Below, piece by piece: positions 7,342-11,669 of a stretch of 11,669 bases of DNA. The stretch lies in NCBI GenBank assembly GCA_019058015.1, contig JAHLWH010000120.1, positions 1-11,669 on the forward strand, written 5' to 3'. The DNA is from Promethearchaeota archaeon (GTDB taxonomy: Archaea; Asgardarchaeota; Lokiarchaeia; Sigyniarchaeales; SOKP01). Numbering within the stretch: the first letter of the stretch is position 1; each line of letters opens with the position of its first letter. Position numbers and translations under genes: made by a program. The notes below the pieces were generated by a model that was not told where the DNA came from, made no database searches, and saw only the letters and a program-made list of their open reading frames with translations.

Positions 7342-8022
7342 ATGACAAAAAAGGAGAAAAAAGATAAGAAGGGATATTTCAATTATAAAAAAACTTTACT
7401 TAGGAATTTCTTTTTCAGACGAGATATTATAGAAGGAAAAGAAACAACCGAAACTCGTGTAATTGAAGAAGGGTTGACATATATACAAATGAAATTACCT
7501 GTAAAAAAAATAACTAAAGAATTTGAACAATCATTGAAAGAGAAAATTTCTCATAATATATTACGAGCAAAAATTAGAGAAGCAACAATAGAGGATTTAG
7601 AATCCGTAAGATATATTCATAATAGAGCATGGCTAACAAGCAAAACTCCTTTCTCTCCTATTACTTTAGAAGGGATTAAGCAAGTATTTGAAATTCCATC
7701 AACAAAAATATTTATTGCGAGAGTATATGGTCAAGATGGGGGGTTTATAATTACAGACTTAGAAGGAGAAGATAATAAAATTGGTGTAATTGCAGGTCTA
7801 GGAATATTACCACGCTTTCAAAGAAGATATCTTGGAACAATACTGGGAATGCATAGTTGGGAATATTTTAAAAAAAAAAAAATAAAAGAATTAAGATGTG
7901 AAGTCTATATTGATAATATGGCATCATATAAACTTATTAAAGGTCTTGGATTCGAAGAATACGATAGAATAACTTATGGAATCGAAGATTTTGAAGTAGA
8001 CAATAAAAAAAAAGAAAATTAG
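7342..8022 (+). CDS. GNAT-family N-acetyltransferase with an N-terminal extension
   Basis: IREATIEDLESVRYIHNRAW (beta1-alpha1); IAGLGILPRFQRRYLGTIL (motif A); LRCEVYIDNMASYKLIKGLGFEEY (motif B). About 75 extra N-terminal residues. Confidence 0.92.
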   Translation: MTKKEKKDKKGYFNYKKTLLRNFFFRRDIIEGKETTETRVIEEGLTYIQMKLPVKKITKEFEQSLKEKISHNILRAKIREATIEDLESVRYIHNRAWLTSKTPFSPITLEGIKQVFEIPSTKIFIARVYGQDGGFIITDLEGEDNKIGVIAGLGILPRFQRRYLGTILGMHSWEYFKKKKIKELRCEVYIDNMASYKLIKGLGFEEYDRITYGIEDFEVDNKKKEN

Positions 8023-8142
8023 TATAAATCTTAAATAAAATCTAGTTTTTATAAATTATTATATAGAAATTTATCATATATTTATCAATTATAAATATTT
8101 TTAGAAAGGAAGTGTTGAAATATCTCAATAATTCCAGATTAT

Positions 8143-9489
8143 TTGAAAGAAACAATCCCTAAAGAAGAAATTCGAGATTATAGCAGCATCAAAAGAATTC
8201 AATCAATCGATTTGGTTAAAGGTCTTGCAATTATTTTAATTATTTTATGTCATACATCAGGTCACTGGTTTGATTCAGATTGGATATTTTTATATGGAAT
8301 TGTGTATATGTGGCTTGATGTCTTTGGACCATCTTTGTTTATTTTTCTAAGTGCTCTCTCAGTAGTATTTTCTTTGACAAAAAAGAAAGGCGAATTGCCA
8401 CAAAGCGTAATTAGAAATAGAATTATAAGTCGAGGACTCTTGATAATGTTAGTTGGTAGTCTCTATACTATCGCATCCAATATGATTTTTTTACCGGGTT
8501 TAACATTTCCTTTTAACTTATGGGGATGGAATATACTTGTTTTCATCGGAGCTTCGCAAATTTTTTCATATTATGCCTTGAAAATATCTCAACCAGGAAG
8601 AATATTTGTCGGTTTTATAATACTTACATTCTCCCCACAATTAAATATAATTTTTACTGAATTAATCTTAATGGAGAGAGGTATAGATCCTGCAATTTGG
8701 TGGATTCAAATGGGTGTTGATCCTATGACTACAGCCCCTCAATTAATAACAGCTAATGCGGATCTAAATTCTTTCGCAAGCATTGTATATTTTTTACTTT
8801 ATTCTCCAACACCTCATGCACCACCATTCCCTTGGATTTCTATATGTTTTATCTCTTCAATTTGGGGTGAATGGTTAGCTGAGGCTATGCAAAAATCTAC
8901 TGCAAAGGCATATAAAGACTTCTTAAAAAGAATTATAAAATGGGGATTTTTTTTCGTGTTAATTGGTATCTTTTTTGGATATGAATTGATGAATATAGAA
9001 TCAGCAAGAGTTGAATATATTGGTATTCCACTTTGGAAAATTGCGAACCAACAACCTATTACTTATTTTCCTGGAATTTTTCGATTTTTAATTCATGGTC
9101 AAGCCAGTAATACTATTTACCTAATGGGTATGGCTTTGTTAATTCTAGCGCTATTTTTTTACTTGGTAGATATTAAAAGATCAAGTAATAATTTTTTTAT
9201 AATGTTAATGTATTATGGCAAAACATCTCTGAGTCTGTTTTTAATACATTACCTTTGTTTCTTTTTATTTCCCGCAAGTTTGAATATAATTTGGGGTGTT
9301 TTTATAATTATAGGATACGTAGCACTATTGGGTTTTACCATGTATTTGTGGATCGAATTTGGAGATGGAAAAGGTTCTCCGGAATGGATCATTATTCAAA
9401 TGGGACGGATTGGAACGAAAGTTGAAGATAAATCAAAAGAAGCAATTGAAAAATATAAAATAGAGCATAAGAAAAACCCAAATGAGTAA
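8143..9489 (+). CDS. Polytopic transmembrane acyltransferase, DUF1624 / heparan-alpha-glucosaminide N-acetyltransferase (HGSNAT)-like
   Basis: Signature RIQSIDLVKGLAIILIILCH; P.LFIFLSALS; PPFPW motif; YGKTSLSLFLIH; C-terminal GSPEW; about 10-11 hydrophobic helices; TTG start codon. Confidence 0.82.
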   Translation: MKETIPKEEIRDYSSIKRIQSIDLVKGLAIILIILCHTSGHWFDSDWIFLYGIVYMWLDVFGPSLFIFLSALSVVFSLTKKKGELPQSVIRNRIISRGLLIMLVGSLYTIASNMIFLPGLTFPFNLWGWNILVFIGASQIFSYYALKISQPGRIFVGFIILTFSPQLNIIFTELILMERGIDPAIWWIQMGVDPMTTAPQLITANADLNSFASIVYFLLYSPTPHAPPFPWISICFISSIWGEWLAEAMQKSTAKAYKDFLKRIIKWGFFFVLIGIFFGYELMNIESARVEYIGIPLWKIANQQPITYFPGIFRFLIHGQASNTIYLMGMALLILALFFYLVDIKRSSNNFFIMLMYYGKTSLSLFLIHYLCFFLFPASLNIIWGVFIIIGYVALLGFTMYLWIEFGDGKGSPEWIIIQMGRIGTKVEDKSKEAIEKYKIEHKKNPNE

Positions 9490-9500
9490 TTGTTTATTTT

Positions 9501-10952
9501 TTAAAAATGTAATTTTTTTAATTTTTCTTCTAATAGATTTTGTCTATCCTCATCGTTCAAATTTGTATATATTTTTAACGCATTTTCCAAGTGAAAAATT
9601 GCGCTATCATTTGATCCAAGTTTTTCATAAATAATAGCTAATTTTTCATATACCTCAGCTGATTCTTTTAAATAATTATTCGCTCTGAATAAATCTAATG
9701 ACTGTTCGAGATTAGTAATAGCCGAATCATTAGCATCGAAAATTTGGAAAAGTATATCAGCAACTTTAGTTTTAATTTCTGCTTGTTTAATTTCATTACC
9801 AATATTACCATAAGTTTTTTCAGCTTTTTGATAATATAACAAAGAATTATTATCATCACCATTAAGGAAATAGAATTTAGCCATATCTTCTAAGATAACA
9901 GCTTCTTCTGCTTTCGGTCCCAATTTGAATATATTAATTGAATTTAAGGATAATTCTAAATTTTTTTTTGCTATATCATTTTGATTCCATACTAGATTAA
10001 TCAATCCTAAGAATCTATAATTTTCCCAACTTAATTTGGCTTTTTTAAATCCCCCAATCTCATTTTCAGTTGTGCCGATAAGATTTTGGGAGATTTTAAA
10101 ATAACTCGTGGCTAACTTGTAATAATTTTTTCCTAAAAGAAAATAGAGCTTTCCAAATTTTGAATTTGCAATAATTTCTCCAATAATATCATTATGATCT
10201 CTAAAAAATTGCATATTTTCAGTTAAAGCCTTATACGATTGAGGGAAATTATTTAATTTAAAATATATTTCAATTAAATTACTTGTAGTTTGCCTATACT
10301 CATTATGAAATTTATTTTCTTTACATATATTAAGAGCATTACTATAATATTCATAAGCCAATTCGATATTTTGCAATGTTATATGGACATTTCCCACATT
10401 ATTGAGCACTTTTACATAATTTAAATTATCTCCAATTTTATTAAATATCTCAAGAGAATTTTCATAATTGTTTAAAGAATCATCTAAATAGCCAAGATCC
10501 TCATAAATTAAACCTAAATCATTGTAAATTTGTGCCATTTTTTCTTGATTTCCTTCATTTCTGAATATATCTAATAACGTTTCAAATAATTTTGATGCAC
10601 TACTTAGATCTCTATTTAGATAATAGAAGGTTGCCTTTTCAATTAATAAATCGTTAACATCTTCTCCAAATTGTTGTTTTTTATTTATTTCTAAGTCAAT
10701 ATCAGCAATCTTTTGCTCGAACTCTAAATTTGAAAAAGAACTCTCCTTTTCTTCAGAAATTGATAATAATGTGGAAAAATCTAATGGTTCATATAAATAA
10801 TCCATCTCAATTTTATCTAACTCAAAATTAAAATCACTCGAGTCTGAAATATGATCTAAACCTGAAATTAACGGTTTTCCACAATTATAACATAATTTTG
10901 CACCCTTTTCTATTTCCAAACCGCAATGTGGACAAATATTTAAATTATTCAT
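9501..10952 (-). CDS. Zinc-ribbon plus tetratricopeptide-repeat protein
   Basis: N-terminal CPHCG-x8-CYNCGKPL zinc ribbon, an acidic linker, then multiple ~40-aa TPR units (AQIYNDLGLIYEDLGYLDDSLNNYENSLEIF; VLNNVGNVHITLQNIELAYEYYSNALNI; AEVYEKLAIIYEKLGSNDSAIFHLENALKIY). Confidence 0.9.
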   Translation of the reverse strand: MNNLNICPHCGLEIEKGAKLCYNCGKPLISGLDHISDSSDFNFELDKIEMDYLYEPLDFSTLLSISEEKESSFSNLEFEQKIADIDLEINKKQQFGEDVNDLLIEKATFYYLNRDLSSASKLFETLLDIFRNEGNQEKMAQIYNDLGLIYEDLGYLDDSLNNYENSLEIFNKIGDNLNYVKVLNNVGNVHITLQNIELAYEYYSNALNICKENKFHNEYRQTTSNLIEIYFKLNNFPQSYKALTENMQFFRDHNDIIGEIIANSKFGKLYFLLGKNYYKLATSYFKISQNLIGTTENEIGGFKKAKLSWENYRFLGLINLVWNQNDIAKKNLELSLNSINIFKLGPKAEEAVILEDMAKFYFLNGDDNNSLLYYQKAEKTYGNIGNEIKQAEIKTKVADILFQIFDANDSAITNLEQSLDLFRANNYLKESAEVYEKLAIIYEKLGSNDSAIFHLENALKIYTNLNDEDRQNLLEEKLKKLHF

Positions 10953-11668
10953 CTTTTTTTGAAATTCAATTCTCTTTCATATTCATTTAACATAATATTT
11001 ATTTGGCTGTTATTAAGCCCCATGCTATTTAATAATATTTTTAATTGAGCTACAGCGTTTTTTGCATTTATCTTTTTTGCAACACTAAGACTTTTAATAA
11101 ATTCTTTAGTAGCTTTTTTAATTTGGTTTTGGTTAGCGTAAATTTCACCTATTAAAGAAGTACCCTTTATAATAGACTCTGCAAAATTACTTTCATTTGC
11201 CAAGTTTGTACCCTTTTTAAAATGATTTAATGCTTCGGAAAATTGATTTAATTTCTTATATAAAATTCCTAAATTAAAATACGAATTAATTATTCCCTTT
11301 ATATCGTTTAACTTTTCAAATGCCTTAAGTCCTTTTAAATAAAGCTCAATCATTACATCCCATTTTTCTTGAGATTCGTAAATTTGCACTAAATTCGAAA
11401 TGCAATCCAAAAAATCCTCAATTTTTTTTTCTTTACTACTAAGCTCAGCACATTCTAAGAAAAGATTTACAGCTTCATCCATTTTATTTAATTTCATTAA
11501 ATTAAGCCCAATTGATTTCATACATACTATTTGTTCATGCTTAAGATTTAACTTCTCATATAACTCAAGAGCACTTTGATAATTTTTTTGAGACTTAATA
11601 TAATCCTCATTTAAATAACAAACCACTCCTAAAGAACCGAAAATAGATGATTTTCCTAAATTATCGGG
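10949..11668 (-). CDS. Tetratricopeptide-repeat protein, 5'-truncated by the right window edge
   Basis: TPR units (SYFNLGILYKKLNQFSEALNHFKKG; LIGEIYANQNQIKKATKEFIKSL). The frame stays open upstream of the GTG at 11626 to the edge (PDNLGKSSIFGSLG-VVCYLNEDY.., the start of a TPR helix), so the real start lies outside the window. ATGA overlap with the next gene at 10949-10952. Confidence 0.88.
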   Translation of the reverse strand, partial: PDNLGKSSIFGSLGVVCYLNEDYIKSQKNYQSALELYEKLNLKHEQIVCMKSIGLNLMKLNKMDEAVNLFLECAELSSKEKKIEDFLDCISNLVQIYESQEKWDVMIELYLKGLKAFEKLNDIKGIINSYFNLGILYKKLNQFSEALNHFKKGTNLANESNFAESIIKGTSLIGEIYANQNQIKKATKEFIKSLSVAKKINAKNAVAQLKILLNSMGLNNSQINIMLNEYERELNFKKR

Positions 11669-11669
11669 A

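Noticed and set aside
8704-9404. Identical 11-mer ATTCAAATGGG (IQMG) at 8704 and 9394
   Set aside because: Too short and not flanked by further similarity; plausibly chance.
10949-10952. Possibility that the two TPR ORFs are one frameshifted gene
   Set aside because: A canonical ATGA overlap, a charged C-terminal tail on the first ORF and a typical N-terminal zinc ribbon on the second argue for two genes.
11624-11626. GTG start proposed by the ORF track for the last TPR gene
   Set aside because: The frame is open to the window edge and the upstream codons continue a TPR helix, so this is an internal Val.

Overview
AT-rich archaeal window (roughly one quarter G+C by eye). Gene content and style suggest Asgard archaea (Lokiarchaeia-like); this is an inference, not a database result. 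Left, minus strand: a homodimeric class IIa glycyl-tRNA synthetase (glyS), a 915-aa membrane-anchored surface protein rich in N-glycosylation sequons (six-hairpin (alpha/alpha)6 barrel plus Ig-like stalk), and the signal-peptide start of a further gene that the ORF track missed (85 to the left edge). Middle, plus strand, divergent from glyS: a stand-alone 7-TM protein, a 549-aa protein with a long central coiled coil, a GNAT acetyltransferase and a DUF1624/HGSNAT-like transmembrane acyltransferase. Right, minus strand: two translationally coupled TPR genes, one with an N-terminal zinc ribbon and one cut by the right edge. No tRNA, rRNA, CRISPR array or mobile element was recognisable. The best leads are a possible surface-glycan acetylation/processing module, the orphan 7-TM plus coiled-coil pair, shared upstream motifs on the two acetyltransferases and non-canonical residues in GlyRS. 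Functional linkage between the genes is unproven.
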